The notes below the pieces were generated by a model. The model saw only the letters and a list, made by a program, of their open reading frames with translations. It did no database searches and was not told where the DNA came from. Source: Selaginella moellendorffii (taxonomy: Eukaryota; Plantae; Lycopodiophyta). From it: DNA of 64,000 bases. The DNA lies in assembly GCF_000143415.4 (NCBI RefSeq), contig NW_003314267.1, positions 2,769,839-2,833,838 on the forward strand, read 5' to 3'. Positions 40,787 to 55,017 of this stretch are shown here, one piece after another; position 1 is the stretch's first letter, and every line of letters begins with the position of its first letter. Made by a program: the position numbers and the translations under genes.

Positions 40787-43700
40787 ATGGCCTTCAGGGT
40801 TGGGGAAAAGGTTTACATTTTGAATGGTGGGAAGAGAGTTGCAAAAGGGACCCTTGTGTCTATAGATCGGAACTTTGTTATACACTGTCAAAGGCTTGGG
40901 CAAGGCAATGCTGCTGTATCAGTAGAGACTGTCTTCGATGGGAATGTGGTCGCTATTGAACGAGGAGAGATGGTCGTCGGGGTAAATGTTGTTGTTGCCT
41001 TGAAAAATTTGCAGAAGAAAGCAGATGTTGGGGACAGCGCAAGTGCGACGCATGTTCCCTCCGTGGATCTTAAGAACCGTGCTACATGGATTCAGGCAAA
41101 GGTGTTTCTAAACAACCCCGAGGGGGAGGTGGTAGCTGAGGGCTTAGCCATAGTTGTCGATCCAAGAGATGTGGTTGCTAATCAAGAATTGGGCTGGGAT
41201 GATATTGGAGTTGCAATTTTAGAGGTTGTTGACACAGAAGAAAATAGTCTGACTATTGGAAGCATTGTGCGGTGGAAATTGAGGCATTTAGTGTTTGAGA
41301 ATGTGAAGGATTCACAATCAAACACCACTACAACTGATGACAGAACATCTCTTCATGGGAAAAGAAAGTACACCTTCCTAAAGCGCAGCCAAAGGGATCT
41401 GAGCAATGAACCGAAAAGGCAGAAAATGGCGATGGAGGTTCGAATGGTCTCGACAGTTGCTTGTTGCAAGAGGAGGTGCTGTCAACATGCTGATTGGGAT
41501 GCTATTGAAGAGGAGAGAGCAAGATACAAGACATTGTCCTGGAAGGCAGCTCGCAATTTTGTGTATGAGGCATTACGGTCATCTGTTGATGCTTCAGAAC
41601 ATCAGGTGGGGGGCATGGTCTTCCAGAGGGGTTTGGTCTGCATGAAGGCATGGAGAATCATTTATGGAGTCCCTCGAAGCACATTCTACATAATCAAAAC
41701 TGAGTTCGAGGAACAAAGGGTTCAACAGGCAGTCCATGGGAATGACAGTACGCACAAAACCAGGGGTCATGTTGTATATGGAGAGGCAATCTTCAAGAGG
41801 TTTGTCGAGACATGTAGCGAGCAGCAACCACATAAAACCTGCCTCTTGGAAGATGGAACACGAGACACCCAATGAGTTCTCCCTTCCATGTATACCAAGG
41901 GGGCCATATTGGAAGATGTGAATCGGGAACTCTAGAGTAATGGCTATAGGAAGCTGAGCCAATCTAGATTTAGTAGATTGTGGAGCAACAGGTTTAGGGA
42001 TGTGAGTATAGGAAAGTACTCCAGCTTTTCAAAGTGTGACGAGTGCACTGCTATCAAAATGGCTTTGTCGAAGAATTCTTACAGCGCTCAAGAGCGAGAG
42101 ACGTTGGTTAGAAGGCGGCTCGACCACAACATCGAGTAGAGAAGCTGCAGGACTGCATATTATCATAACAGGATTCTCTCCATGGAGAGACCTGACTCTT
42201 ACCTCTGCATCATCCACGACAAAATGGACCAGAAAAAGACGTGCTTACCTCGACTCAATCCTGCCCCCAAGGCAATCTCTTCATCCATGCAGCTGCCTGT
42301 GTCTCTGTTTGGCATAATCGCTCATGGGCATGGTGCCCAGAACTATGGGAACTTCTTTGTACCTCTATGGGGTGGCGGGGGTGCAAACATGATGATTGCG
42401 TCCCTAGCAAAACACTTAAGGTCTCTGCAAAGTGCGCAGACTGAGCTGAACGGCCAACCCTTGGATAAGGCCCTTGTCGATCGAACCCCATACAGGGTTC
42501 AGCTGGAGGAGGAGCAAAGGCTTGCAGTATCGCATGGGGCCCCATGCCATCCTTGTGAATATGTTGGCCGTTAGATTGTAGGGTTATCACGTGAGGCCTC
42601 ATGCCATTCCGACGAGGCTGGTCGCCTGGTGAATGCACAGCCTCATCCAAACGAAGCAGAATCTCAAGGAAGTTCTTGCGGCCGATGTGGACTTCCACCC
42701 CATCTTTTGCTCCAAACAGACAATGCTGGCAGTGAGAACATCGTCTTCGCGTACTTGGCGATGCTTGTTGCCAAAGGTATATTTGGAACGGTTACACTTG
42801 GCTTTCTCATGGTTGGGCACACTCATGAAGACGTCGATGCCATGTTCAGTCACCTGGCAGAGTCCCTCCGGCGATCCAATATCCTCACCCTCCCACAACT
42901 CTACGATGAATTCCAAAATTGCATCAAAGGCACTGTTGAAGCTGCACTTGTGACAGAGGTTCCAGACTTTAAGGGGTTTGTAAGAGGCTACATCAGGGAC
43001 GGATCCGAAAGGCTGATTGGCCACTCCAAGCCTCTTCAGTTTCATTTCAGCATGCGTGACGGTGCTCCAGTGATGAGGTACAAGATGAGAGAATGGGACA
43101 CAGTATGGCTGCCAGTGGACGGCATTGAACTCTTCAAGAGGGATCCCATAACTGGGGAACCTATGATTCCTCAGGGTTCCCCACGGCCGATGCACCCGGA
43201 TGGACTCAAAGACCAGGAAAGTATAGTGGCCGGGATTAGACAGCATATTGCCTTCTGGAAGAGGGGGTTGGTGTTTGGTGAAGAATCCTATTTTAAGAGG
43301 TGCAAGCCTTTGCTTGAATACTGGGAGAAGATTATATCTGCTATCCAAAATGGGCCGGTTGTATATGAAGAATTGGAAGAGTCCTTTTGGCCAGAACCCA
43401 GAGCACCAGATAGTAGCAGAACAATGTCCTCTGGAAATGTAGTGACAGATAACGATGTTGAGGATCACTATTGTGGGCCGAGGAACAAGAAGCCGGATTC
43501 AGCATTCAATCCAGTACAGGTCTGCAAAGGAATGGTCGTGCTTGTCAGACCCAGTAATAAAAAACAAATGATATGGGTGGGGCACTGCATCACTGATGCA
43601 GAGGAGGACGCGGAAACTAACTCCTTCAATGTAACTATGGAGTGGTTCAAGCCAAGTTTCGGATATACGAAGGATTGCCTAGAAAAGAGATGGGTGCTGA

Positions 43701-43846
43701 ATCCAAGGGATCCCAGCATGAGCATATCGGTGGATAATGTTGTGCATGGTTGGATGTGGAAGCAGAGTGCCACCATCACCTTGCCAGACCATGCAAGAGA
43801 TGCAGCAAGAGCATTCATAGCTCGGGTTCAAGGTGAGATTCATTAA
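40787..43846 (+). pseudogene. Sola1-like DDD transposase, disrupted
   Basis: FSKCDEC, IIHDKMDQKKTCLP, LQTDNAGSEN, FLMVGHTHEDVDAMFS. In-frame TGA/TAG stops at ~41873-42140 and a frameshift near 42570-42700. Confidence 0.8.
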
Positions 43847-45581
43847 TATTCCTTTACTAAGTTTCTAATGTATTTTATTTCAAGGTGAACAATCCGAATC
43901 TGAATTAGAGGAGGCGTGATGGCATGGCGTGATGGCGTGAGACGTGACACCAAAAAGGAGGTGTCCACTAGTGCTTAGGCTTATAATGGCGTGTGCCCTC
44001 ATGCCATTTACTTGATCACCAAATACCTTTTTCCCTTTGCACTAGTATATCTTAATACCGGTCTGAGAAATAGAATGGCATGTGCCCTCAGGCCTTTTAC
44101 TAAATCACCTTTGAAAGAAATGCAAGCCTCTATGTCGTAAAAAAAAGGTACTAGAGAAATTCCTTAATAATATGAATGTTATTTAGTTTCATGAAAATAC
44201 ACTAAGGGTCAAATGAGTTAAATGACTTCTCCAGACTAGCAATGCCTTTTGCTACACCTTCACAATTAGATTCGTTAGAAAAAGATAACATTGAATAATA
44301 TCTAAATGTTCTCACCATTAAGTTATATGTCTGGCTAATAGGAATGACGTTCATCTTGGAAAGCTCACCACACGCTCAATGAACAAACAAATAGTGTGTG
44401 CGCGCATGCCATCACTCTTCTTTAGCTTCAGATTCGGCTTGTTCACCTTGACAATGAGATTTATTATACAACCAAATGGACTCAGTTTGGACACAAAGTC
44501 ATCGCGCTAGTCACCATGCCCCAAATATGTCTAGCCCCTGGACAAAAAACATATAATTTCACGTCATTTTCAAATACTTGAAAATTTGTACCTAGTCCCA
44601 TTTTACTGAATAAATCCCACTTTAACGAAATAGAGCTTTAGTGAGTTTGAAGAAAGTAGTTTTTAGGAAAGGCCCATAGGATGGTCACAAAGTTAGGCCA
44701 TGGATAGAGCCCATAGCAAAAAATGCTAAAAAGACTTACTAAAGGTGAATACCCTCTAGACTTGGCAAAGCAAAATCTTTGCTATAAAATCGAAAGGATA
44801 CCTTGAGGATGGAGGTAGTGATACTATATTATTTGGTGCAACAATCAAAGGATAATAGCAAAAAGACTAGGGGCTAAAAATGCGCTATGGAAATCATTGG
44901 AAGGAATCAAAATGGAAAAGTTAGGTAAAGAACATTCATGTATTTGGTGCTAATGGATTGTGGAAAAGGAAATATTTCCAAGGATGCATTCTTAAACACT
45001 CTAATTTAGCGAAGGGAAAGGTCCAAAGGAGGGAGTAGCAAAGTAGCCAAATGATAAGGCCGTAAATAGCCCTAGCACAAATTATGGAAAAATGGAATTT
45101 AGTGCTTAAAATGGCACAAAATAGAAGAGAGGATGATGGTGCCCTCAAGTAAAAAACTTTCTAAGATGGGGAAGTGGAGTTTGCACAACACGTGCAATGC
45201 AAGGTGTTAGAGACACCTAAAAAATTGACTTTAAAAAGTCAAAATTAAAAGTTCCAAAGTGCAATGGTTATGCTAGTAAAGGCTAAGGCTACTCTTGAAT
45301 GAGTAGTCAAATTGAAAGAGAGACAATGTCTTTAACACATTTAGCATGAACTAAACAAATAAAAGGGGAAGAACCACCATAAATGGTCTAATGAGTCTCT
45401 AAATTGGAAAGACTATACTCCTTAAAGGATAAATAAGGCATGGTGAGCTTTTTGTGTCAAACCATTAATGAATATTAGTTAGATGCCAAGGATGGAAAGG
45501 GTAATAAATGCTAGTGTTACTTTATAAAATGGTTTATATCATTCGATGAAGACATCAAACTTCATATATGGGTGGTGGAGT

Positions 45582-46120
45582 TGTGAAACACAAATCCTAA
45601 AGCCCCAAAAGTGGAGCCACAAGGGTGCCATATGGTAGTGTTTGAAGTGGAAGTCAAACGGGAGTAACAAGTTTGGACTAAAAGCTCCAACTCGAATAGT
45701 TGAGAGTGGGAGTGGAACTCCCAATGAAGTGCTTGAAGAAGAAAGCAGTAAGTGAGTCTCTAGAAAAGGGACATAAGAAGACCGACAGACCCGAGACAGA
45801 CCCGAGATGGAGTCCGAGATGGAGTTTGAGATGGAGTCTAAGATGGACCCGAGATGGAGTTCGGGATGGAGTCTAAGATGGACCCAAGATGTAGTCTGAG
45901 ATGGACTTTGAGATGGAACCGAGACCGAGATCAAGACTAAGGTTGAGACCAAGACCGAGACCAAGTCTGAGACAAAGACCAAGTCTAAGTCTGAGACAAA
46001 GACCAAGTCTAAGTCCGAGACCAAGACCAAGACTGAGTTTGAATACTAACACAGGCTGTTGGGTGAAAGCCCAAAGCAATCGTCCCCTAGGGAAGGGGGG
46101 GGGGGGGGGGGGGGGGGGGG
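45582..46120 (+). mobile_element. 3' LTR (5' part) preceded by a PPT; runs into the gap
   Basis: gggtggtggagt followed by TGTGAAACACAAAT; gagatggagtc repeats. Confidence 0.8.
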
Positions 46121-46619
46121 NNNNNNNNNNNNNNNNNNNNNNNNNNNNNNNNNNNNNNNNNNNNNNNNNNNNNNNNNNNNNNNNNNNNNNNNNNNNNNNN
46201 NNNNNNNNNNNNNNNNNNNNNNNNNNNNNNNNNNNNNNNNNNNNNNNNNNNNNNNNNNNNNNNNNNNNNNNNNNNNNNNNNNNNNNNNNNNNNNNNNNNN
46301 NNNNNNNNNNNNNNNNNNNNNNNNNNNNNNNNNNNNNNNNNNNNNNNNNNNNNNNNNNNNNNNNNNNNNNNNNNNNNNNNNNNNNNNNNNNNNNNNNNNN
46401 NNNNNNNNNNNNNNNNNNNNNNNNNNNNNNNNNNNNNNNNNNNNNNNNNNNNNNNNNNNNNNNNNNNNNNNNNNNNNNNNNNNNNNNNNNNNNNNNNNNN
46501 NNNNNNNNNNNNNNNNNNNNNNNNNNNNNNNNNNNNNNNNNNNNNNNNNNNNNNNNNNNNNNNNNNNNNNNNNNNNNNNNNNNNNNNNNNNNNNNNNNNN
46601 NNNNNNNNNNNNNNNNNNN
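46121..46619. other. Assembly gap (N run) next to an LTR poly-G tract
   Basis: N run seen directly. Confidence 1.
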
Positions 46620-49600
46620 CCTATTGCACCAACTCCTACTTGGTCCTACTTAGTTTCAGCTACTCATTGCACAAGCAACGGAGAGTTAGCCTTCCATCCA
46701 CAGATTCCCAAATCTCTCATAATCCCCCTCCCCGGGTTAGACTGGACTTAAGGTTCGGCTACACTCCCCACAGGCACAAGCAGCCAAGCACACCAAGCCT
46801 CCAGGTTCCTAACACCCCTTGGTACAACAAGACTTGATCATGGGACCCTCTAAATCCCAAGCCTTGGGTGCAACACTTGCTTCGGGACATGTAGTGCCCA
46901 AGGATATGGTATGGGTACTTTTACCCCCCCCCCCCCCCCACTTCCATCCCAAAGGGAAGGCCCAAGCCCCTAGGAAGGGTGAGGACCAATGAGCCACAAG
47001 GTACTCGAGTGGGGCACCACTCCACATGAGCCGGGAGCACTGCAGTCAGATTCCCTTCCGGGAGTGGGAGTTGCTCTTGAGCACTTCCTTGGGTGGCCTT
47101 TCCGGCACCACCCGAGTCCATGCTCACTCCCACCCAAGGCCCCTCGGTCCTAGTCTCAACCTCAAGTCAGTTTGGAAGCACCACTGGAGAGTTCCTTCAA
47201 GACTGGTTCCTGGACCTCACTATCCCTACTATACTTTTGGACCCTCTATCCACTTGTTCGAAGAACAACTTCGCCACACCTTCCACATCCACTTTTATTG
47301 GTATGAAATGTGCCATCTTCGAAAATTAGTCTACCACCACAAATATCACATCAAACCCTTCACTTCGGGGGAGTCCCGTGATGAAGTCCATCGTAAGACA
47401 TTTCCACGGCCGATCTAGATTTGGGATGCTTTGTAACAAGCCCCCACTAGCCTTAGTCACGGCTTTGATCTGCTGACATGTTAGACATGTCTTTATATAG
47501 TCTTCAACGTCTTTAGCCATATCTGGCCAATGATACTTCCTCTTAAGTAAGCCCATTGTCTTGGGCACTCCGCCGTGTCCCACAAGAGGTATGTCATGAC
47601 ACTTTTTTAATGGTACCTTCCTTAGTTCCCCTTCTACAATATACACCCTCATTTGTTTGTAATAGATGAGTCCATTGCATTTTGCATAGCCTATTTTCCC
47701 TTTCGTTGGCAACTCACCTCTGTGGTGAGCTTTCTGCGCCTCTAAATTCCTCAGCAACACTTCTTGTGCTAGACCATCGTTTTCATACGCTGTCCGCACA
47801 TCATCCCAAAAGGTTGCTGTCACGTTGGATACTGCCAACTTCAAGCTCACTTTTCAACTTAGAGCATCTGCCACAATGTTGCTCTTCCTAGGCTTGTACA
47901 GAATCTCACAATCAAACTCGGCCAACGCATTGGCCCATCGACCCTATTTCCCCCTCAGGTCAGGTTATGACAAGAAGTGTTTCGTTGCAATATTATCCGT
48001 ATAAACCTTGAAGTGTCTCCCAAGGTAGTGTGTCCACTCCTTGAGCGCCTTGACCACTACAAACAATTCCTTCTCATGGGCAAACCACTTTTACTGAACC
48101 TTGTCCAACTTTTTCGAGAAGAATGCCACTAGATGGTTGTCTTGCTTCCACATTGTGCCCAACGCAAAGTCCAAAGCATCTGTTTCTACCTCAAAGTCCT
48201 TACCAAAATTTGGTAATGCCAACACAGAAGCCTTCCTCAACTTCCTTTTGAGGTGGACAAATGCCGCTTCGCATTCTGCTGTCTATACCATCTTTGGTCC
48301 GTTAAGGGTAGGGCTACTCTCTAATAGTGTTTGATAAACTTTCAATAGTAGTTGCATAGCGTCAAGAATGCTTCAACTCATGTACATTCGATGGTTGCTC
48401 CCATTCCTAGATCGCTTGGACCTTCTCAGGGTCCACCTTGAGCCCGTCCTTGCCCACCACATGCTTGAGAAACTTTACCTTTTGTTGAGCAAAGTCACAT
48501 TTGCTCTTTTTAGCATACAGTTAGTGTTCCTTTAGTTTCTCAAACACCTTCGTCAAATGTTCAACATGCTCCTCTAGCATTTTGCTATAGATCAAGATGT
48601 TGTTAATATAGATGACCACGAAGTGATCCAGATAGGGTACAAAGATGTGGTTCATCAACGCCGAAAATGTTACTGGTGCATTGCATAGCCCGAAGAGCAT
48701 CACCAAAAACTCAAAGCTCCCATACCTTGTTCAACAGATTGTCTTCCTAACATCTTCCTCTGGTACCCTAATTTGATAGTATCCTAACCTTCAGTCAATC
48801 CTCGAAAAGTATTTTGCCTTTCCCAATCTATTGAATAAGTCCTCAATCCTTGGCAAAGGGTACTTGTTCTTCTTTGTATACTTGTTGAGCAACCAATAGT
48901 CTATGCACATGTGCATAGATCCATCTTTCTTTTTCACAAATAACACCAACGCCCTATACGGTGAATTGCTCAACCTAACATACCCTTTGTCCACCAACTC
49001 CTCTAGTTGGTGCTTGAGCTCTTCGACTTCCTTTTCGTTCAAATGATAAGGGGGATGAACCACCAGCTTAGCACCATCGACCAACTCAATCTTGTGCTCT
49101 ATCGATCGTGTGGGGGCAACCCCGCCAGTAGCTTCTCCGGCATGGTATCCTGGAATTGGTTCAACACCCGCTAGATCACTAAAAGTATTTTTTCTGTTCC
49201 TGTCTTTTTCTCACTCTTTACTAAGAGTAAGCACAAAAATGCTGCCTTGGTTCCTCTAGCAAGTTGTCCCCTAGTAGATATCAGGTTTAGGCAGGAATCT
49301 TTTGCCTTGCATTGCCCTACTTTTAGATCCTGGGCCTCCACCCTGGATATTTCTCCTTGGGCATTTGCTAGTACCACCAGGTTCCTACTTTGTACATGCA
49401 GAGCTACCATGAACCGATTGAACCAATCCATCCTGAAGATTATGTCAAATCCCACCATATCCAACACAGTGAAATCCATGTCTACTTTCCACATCCCCAC
49501 TTCGAATCTTGCTTGTCGAAGTACCTCATCAATGTTTTAGCTACCTTGAACAAACTCTATAGTCCTTGGTTCACCCAACTTCTGCACTATTAGTCCAGCT

Positions 49601-50551
49601 TGCCGGATTATGTCTGCAGCCACAAAATTATCTGAAGCATCTATGTCAATAAGGATCTTAACAAAGCTACCTCCGAACTTCCTTCAGAGGGCTAGTAGAT
49701 GTCACAAATGACAAGACTTGATCATGGGACCCTCTAAATCCCAAGCCTTGAGTGCAACTCTTGCTTCAAGACACCGAGGGGAAACACTATGGCATAATGG
49801 CCTGGTATGGATATCCCTATTCCCCCACTTCCATCCCAAAGGGAAGGCCCAAGCCCTTAGGAAGGGAAGGGACCAATAAGCTACAAGGTATTTAAGTGGG
49901 GCACAACTTTATATGAGCTAGGAGCACCATAGTCGGTTTCCCTCCCGAGAGTGGAAGTTACTCTTGAGCACTTCCTTGGGTGTCCCCTCCGACACAACCT
50001 AAGTCCATGCTCACTCCCATCCAAGGCCCCTAAGCCCCAATCTCAACCTCAAGTCAGTTTGGAAGCACCATTGGAGAGTTCCTTCAAGACAGGTTTTTGG
50101 ACTTCACTATCCCTACTATACTTTTGGAACCCCCTGCAGCCCCACCCCTTTGGGAGACACACGCTTTGGGCTTTCACCCCTTGACTTGTATTTGTACTCG
50201 AACTCAGTCTCGGAGTTGATCTCGGACTCGATCTCAGACCCGACTTCGGACTCGGTCTTCGACTTGATCTCGAACTCGATCTCAGACCTGATCTCAGACT
50301 CGACTTTGGACTCGACCTCAGACTTAGTCTCAGACCCGATCTCGGATCTTGGACTCTGTCTCGAACTCGGTCTCGAACTTGGTCTTGAACTCAGTCTCGG
50401 AGTCGGCCTCGGACTCGATCCCAGACTCTATCTCGAACTTGGTCTCAGAGTCGGTCTTGGACTCGATCCCATCCAATGAAGTCTTTGTCATTTCGGTCAT
50501 GCTTTTGGGGATCCTTTAGCTTATGACATCTCAGGGAGTTGGTTCCTTACA
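46620..50551 (-). mobile_element. Ty3/Gypsy family B element with internal deletions (gag and integrase C-terminus missing)
   Basis: LTR pieces at 46620-47245 and 49712-50551 (ends ggttccttaCA). PR, RT ([12 protein letters not shown]), RH and IN zinc finger (HGGVPKT..CLTCQQ) lie between them. Confidence 0.9.
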
Positions 50552-51336
50552 GAATACTATTGTGTTCAGGACAATCTCTACATTCCATAAATATGCCAAA
50601 TGAGCAAATCTTCATAAATAAAATTTAGAACCAGAATGAAACTAATATAAAGGGTGTGATAGCGAGGGTACTTAGTAGACACGATAAGCTATCATCCAAC
50701 GATATTAAGGGACTAGTCTCAATATGTGAGAGTTCTTGGCACTAGCTAGTGTAAGAGATAACAAGACAGGAACTCCTTACCAGGCTAAGTATGCTTAGCT
50801 AATAACACGTAGGAATTCTATCCTTATGTTCATTCAATCCAAATACACTCGAAATGCCCAATTAACTCCACTAGTACAAGAGGGACTAATAAAGGGTCCA
50901 GCAATACTAATCTCATGCCGTCGTGGCAGTAAGGAAAGAGTGTCTATATGGACTAGTTGACAAGGAACTTTCGATACCCGAAATGACATGTATCTCACCC
51001 TATCTCTCTCCCCTTAAGCTAATTGGAAAAGGGGCAATTGCTTGATGAGAGAGCCCTTAGTGGCTATTTTATCCCCATTATCCCCCAAGGTTTTAAGGAT
51101 CCACAGTGACAGTATATCTAAATCTCATCCCATGATCACATGTGCTACACTCACCCCCCCCTTTAAAGATGTCAATATCATTATTGACTATTGACTAACA
51201 ACCCCTATTGAGCTAAGCAAAACTAGCACCTCCATTTCCACACTAAATCTACCAATCCTTCTATTGTGTAGACTAGCTATTCCATGTGAGACAACTAGTC
51301 ATCCACCCATACCACAGTCCCACGGTGGATACCTTC

Positions 51337-51703
51337 TGTGAGACACAAACTAAGGATGCTAAGGAGTGGATCTAGGATGACCACTCGTGGACCGATAGCC
51401 CAGTCTTGGAGAGACGGGATGGTGATGCAAGTGGTATTGGACCACTAGTGCAGCAAAGGTGAATGGGCATGGCCTTAGCGTAACGGGCCGAGATGTCAGT
51501 GGTACCTTTGGGTGTCGGTCTTGGGACCGAACATGTGGAGCACTTGGACCAGGTGCAAGTGTTGAGTGGCATGGATGCCATTCTTGGGGCTAGCAAGTCC
51601 CAAGTCCTGAATTGGACTTAAGGAGGTTGTGAGTGAGACTCCTCCAAGTGGTCGAAGGTGTGGTTAAGTGACTAAAGTAGAATGGAAAAATTAGTCACTT
51701 ACA
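51337..51703 (+). mobile_element. Internally deleted 367-bp solo LTR (family A), TSD CCTTC
   Basis: ccttc|TGTGAGACACAAA...cacttaCA|ccttc. Confidence 0.92.
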
Positions 51704-52754
51704 CCTTCATCCATGGATAGTCCACACAAAAAGAAGGACGTATGCATGAATGCTTAATGCTTAATACGTACAATTTCAAATTTAGGGGTAGGAATATACC
51801 TTGCTCAAGGGTATATTATATTTTTTTAAGTAGCCACTAATCAATGGAAATTGAACCCATGCCATTTGCTCCGATACCACATGTAATGCACCCTATCTCT
51901 CTCCCCTTAAGCCAACTGAAAAAGTGGCAATTGCTTAATGAAAGAGCCCTTAGTGGCTATTTTATACCTATTTATCCCCCAAGGTTCCAAGGATCCATGG
52001 TGAAAGTATATCCACATTTCATCCCATGATCACATGCATTACAGATTTCACTACTCGGTAAGAACGTTATATGCATGTTTAGTTACTAATAGAGGCATGC
52101 ATGTAGCTAGTGGGATGGTGAAAAGGAACTGTGTTGATGATGCTAAAATATTTAGACGGGCAAATCGAGAGGAGCAAGATGCTATGGAAGAAGCTAAGGT
52201 TGAGTCAGAAGAGGAAGAGCCAGATGCTATGGCATTGGTATGCATATGGCTCAGGAAGTTGAGATTGAGAATTTGCGAAGGGAAGTTCGCAAATTGAAGC
52301 AAATATAGGTATTGGGTATTAAATCAAATTTGATGGCACTAACACTTCTTGACAAATGGACAAGCGAAAAGGGTGAATAGGCAGCTAGAGGATTATTTGT
52401 GATGCTATGTCTTCGAAAACCAAATTGATTAGGTAAGTCATTATGATTATGCAATAAAAACTCACCATATTTGAGTATCATGATGAGTCTATAGGAAGTC
52501 ATCAATGGGTGAGTTATTGAAGATCTTGTGGAACTTAGCATGGCTGAGTATCATAGAGAGTTACCCACAATGGAGGCATTCATGGCAGAAAGATTCAGCA
52601 TTTTGAGTCTAGTGAGGGATTCTTTGGAACGGGCTCAACAAAGGCAAATTGAATACGCAAACTAAAAGCACCGGGATATAGAGTTCTAACCTAGAGATAA
52701 AGTGTGGTTAAATACCAAGAATCTAAGGTTACAAAGTGGGATAAACTCCTCCTG

Positions 52755-53385
52755 CGTGTCGTGTGGTGGAGCAAAGGTCAACTGGCGGTCAGTAACACTT
52801 TTGAAGCACGAAGGGGGCCTCAATATTATTGACATCGAAGAACAATGCAAGGCTCTCCTCTTCAAGATTTTCACAAGGATGCTCATGCCTTGCAACCAAC
52901 CATGGAGAATACTGCTGCGAGCACAACTTTTGAAAGTCCTCCCGGGCAGGAACGAGCACACTAGACAAAACTGGGCAACAGATGAACAATGGCTCTTCTC
53001 AGACACCAAACTCAAAATGACAAAGGCCCACACGTTCTCAGGAAATTTGTTTAAGCTCTGGAGGCAATTCAAGTGCAAGTTGGAACGTAAACCACCTCAT
53101 ACCAAAGAACAATTGGACCAGCAGCTAATTTTCCTGAGCAAACTCTTCGCTGTCAAAGGTAAAATGCTTGGAGCTTCAGAGGATCGTGGCCTGGACTAGA
53201 CATGTAGAGACCTGCATAGAGCAGGGCTGAGAACCTTCACAGAGGCAGACACCATGATCCAGCCCAACCAGACGACCAACAACCGCGACCGAATCAGTGC
53301 TTTCTACGGACTAACCATCTCGGAACACAGGATGCACAAATTCCAGACAGCCTTTTTAGCAGCCAAACACGCATGCCTTGAATGA
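52755..53385 (+). mobile_element. LINE ORF2 fragment (post-RT region)
   Basis: KVNWRSVTLLKHEGGLNIIDIEEQCKALLFK..W motif. Confidence 0.75.
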
Positions 53386-53466
53386 CTGAACTTGAGTTAG
53401 TATCCTTTCTAGGCCACATCACACAAACTACTTACTAAACTTTAAAACAATCAAAATCAACTCCAA

Positions 53467-54356
53467 TGTAGCACACCTAAATTTGGAGCTGAACTCCAAG
53501 CCTGTTGCACTATGAAACAAGGGTCTAGTAGAATCCCACGAGCACCAGCTCCCCGTATCCAGTAGTTACACACAAAATGGTGTTAGACAATGTTTAATTT
53601 GGGCATACTGGTGGCCTAATGCAAGGAGGAGAGTACCCCACCAACTAGAGTAGCATAGAGCTTGGGCTTAGACCCAAGCCAAATACAGAACAAGGAGTGA
53701 AATAGCCTAGCGGGAGCCAAACTAATGCCTCAAGTGGTCGAATATGCATTTCAACCACTATTACTACCACCCCCCCCCCCCCCCCCCTCCCCCCTCCCCC
53801 AAAGAATACATGCTTTGGGCTTTCACCCCAAGCCTCCTTTAGTACAAAGAGTTAGTTTTTAGAACTAACTCGAAACTTACTAAATATGGAATAGTGCTAG
53901 ATTGTGAATTTGGACACTAAACGAACACCATTGTGTTTAGGCCAATCTCTACATTTGATAGATATGCCAAAATAGCAAATCTAGACACTTTCCATAATTA
54001 GTCAATAGAACGAAATGAGACCAATATAAAGAGCATGATATCAAAAGTGTTTAGTAGACACGGTAAGATATCATATAGTGATAATGAGGGACTGTCTAAA
54101 TACATGAGGGTTCTTGCTAAGCCAATGCAAGACAGAGCAAAAGAGAATTAAAAGCCAAGCCAAGAATGCTCAGCTAGAAGTATATAGAAGTTTTAATCTT
54201 ATGCCCATTTGGCTAAGTACAAATACTAAACCTAGTTTACTAACACTTGAACAAGAGGGGCTCATGATGGGAACCAGTAGTATCAACCTCCTACCGTCAT
54301 GGCAGTAAGGACTAGCCAATAAGTATCTTTCAATACCCGAAGTCACATTTGCGACA
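53467..54356. mobile_element. Solo LTR (family C), TSD TCCAA
   Basis: tccaa|TGTAGC...gcgaCA|tccaa. Confidence 0.92.
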
Positions 54357-55017
54357 TCCAACCCCTTCAAGAGTTTTTATTGGCTTATAAAAATGAAATG
54401 TTTTTCAAATAAAGTGATTCATAGATCAGCCATTGGAAAAGCTTAAGAAAATTTGTGGAAAATTTTCCATCCCATAAAAAGAATGACTCATAATGGGGTT
54501 GGGTAGTTTTTGAGTTGAGCTCAAGTCAATGAAAGTCAACAAAAGTCAAAAGAAGTCAATACAATCCCCTAACTAGCGAAAGATTAATAGCACTACCTTA
54601 GTTCATCCCGAACCAAGAATTTTTAACATAAAATCTAAGTGTTTAAGGTATTCTATAAGCTCATGTAGATTATTAGTTCAACATGAACTAATATTTTAGT
54701 CTATAAAGAAAGAAAATAATATATTAAACCACATAATTTATATTAAAATCAGAATATGTTCAATCTTCTTCTGCTTCCATATCTAGAAAAGTAGAAATGG
54801 GTATAGTAGAATGCTCCTTCACTATAGGCTTGTGTTGTATGTAATGTTGTGCCATATATTTAGTATAAATAGGTAAGTGGAATTGACTTCGGTCCATATG
54901 ATCATCCATATCATCAAGATCAAGCATGTGGACTGAGACACTATGTGTGATAAGTGTAGACCTAATGACATAGAAACATTTGAGAATAAATATTATAGAT
55001 TATTTCAAGCAATAACA

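Larger units (their letters stand above)
34796..44638 (+). mobile_element. 9.8-kb TIR DNA transposon, Sola1-like, with 27-bp TIRs and 4-bp TSD (TAGT), inserted in a retrotransposon internal region
   Basis: TIR aagctcaatttcgttaaagtgggaatt (34796-34822) matches the reverse complement of 44612-44638 at 25/27. tagt flanks both ends. The host sequence is colinear across the insertion with the related segment at ~28550-28760. The superfamily call is inferred from TSD length and transposase motifs. Confidence 0.85.

Noticed and set aside
45901-46751. ORFs of 230-250 aa
   Set aside because: They span the N gap.
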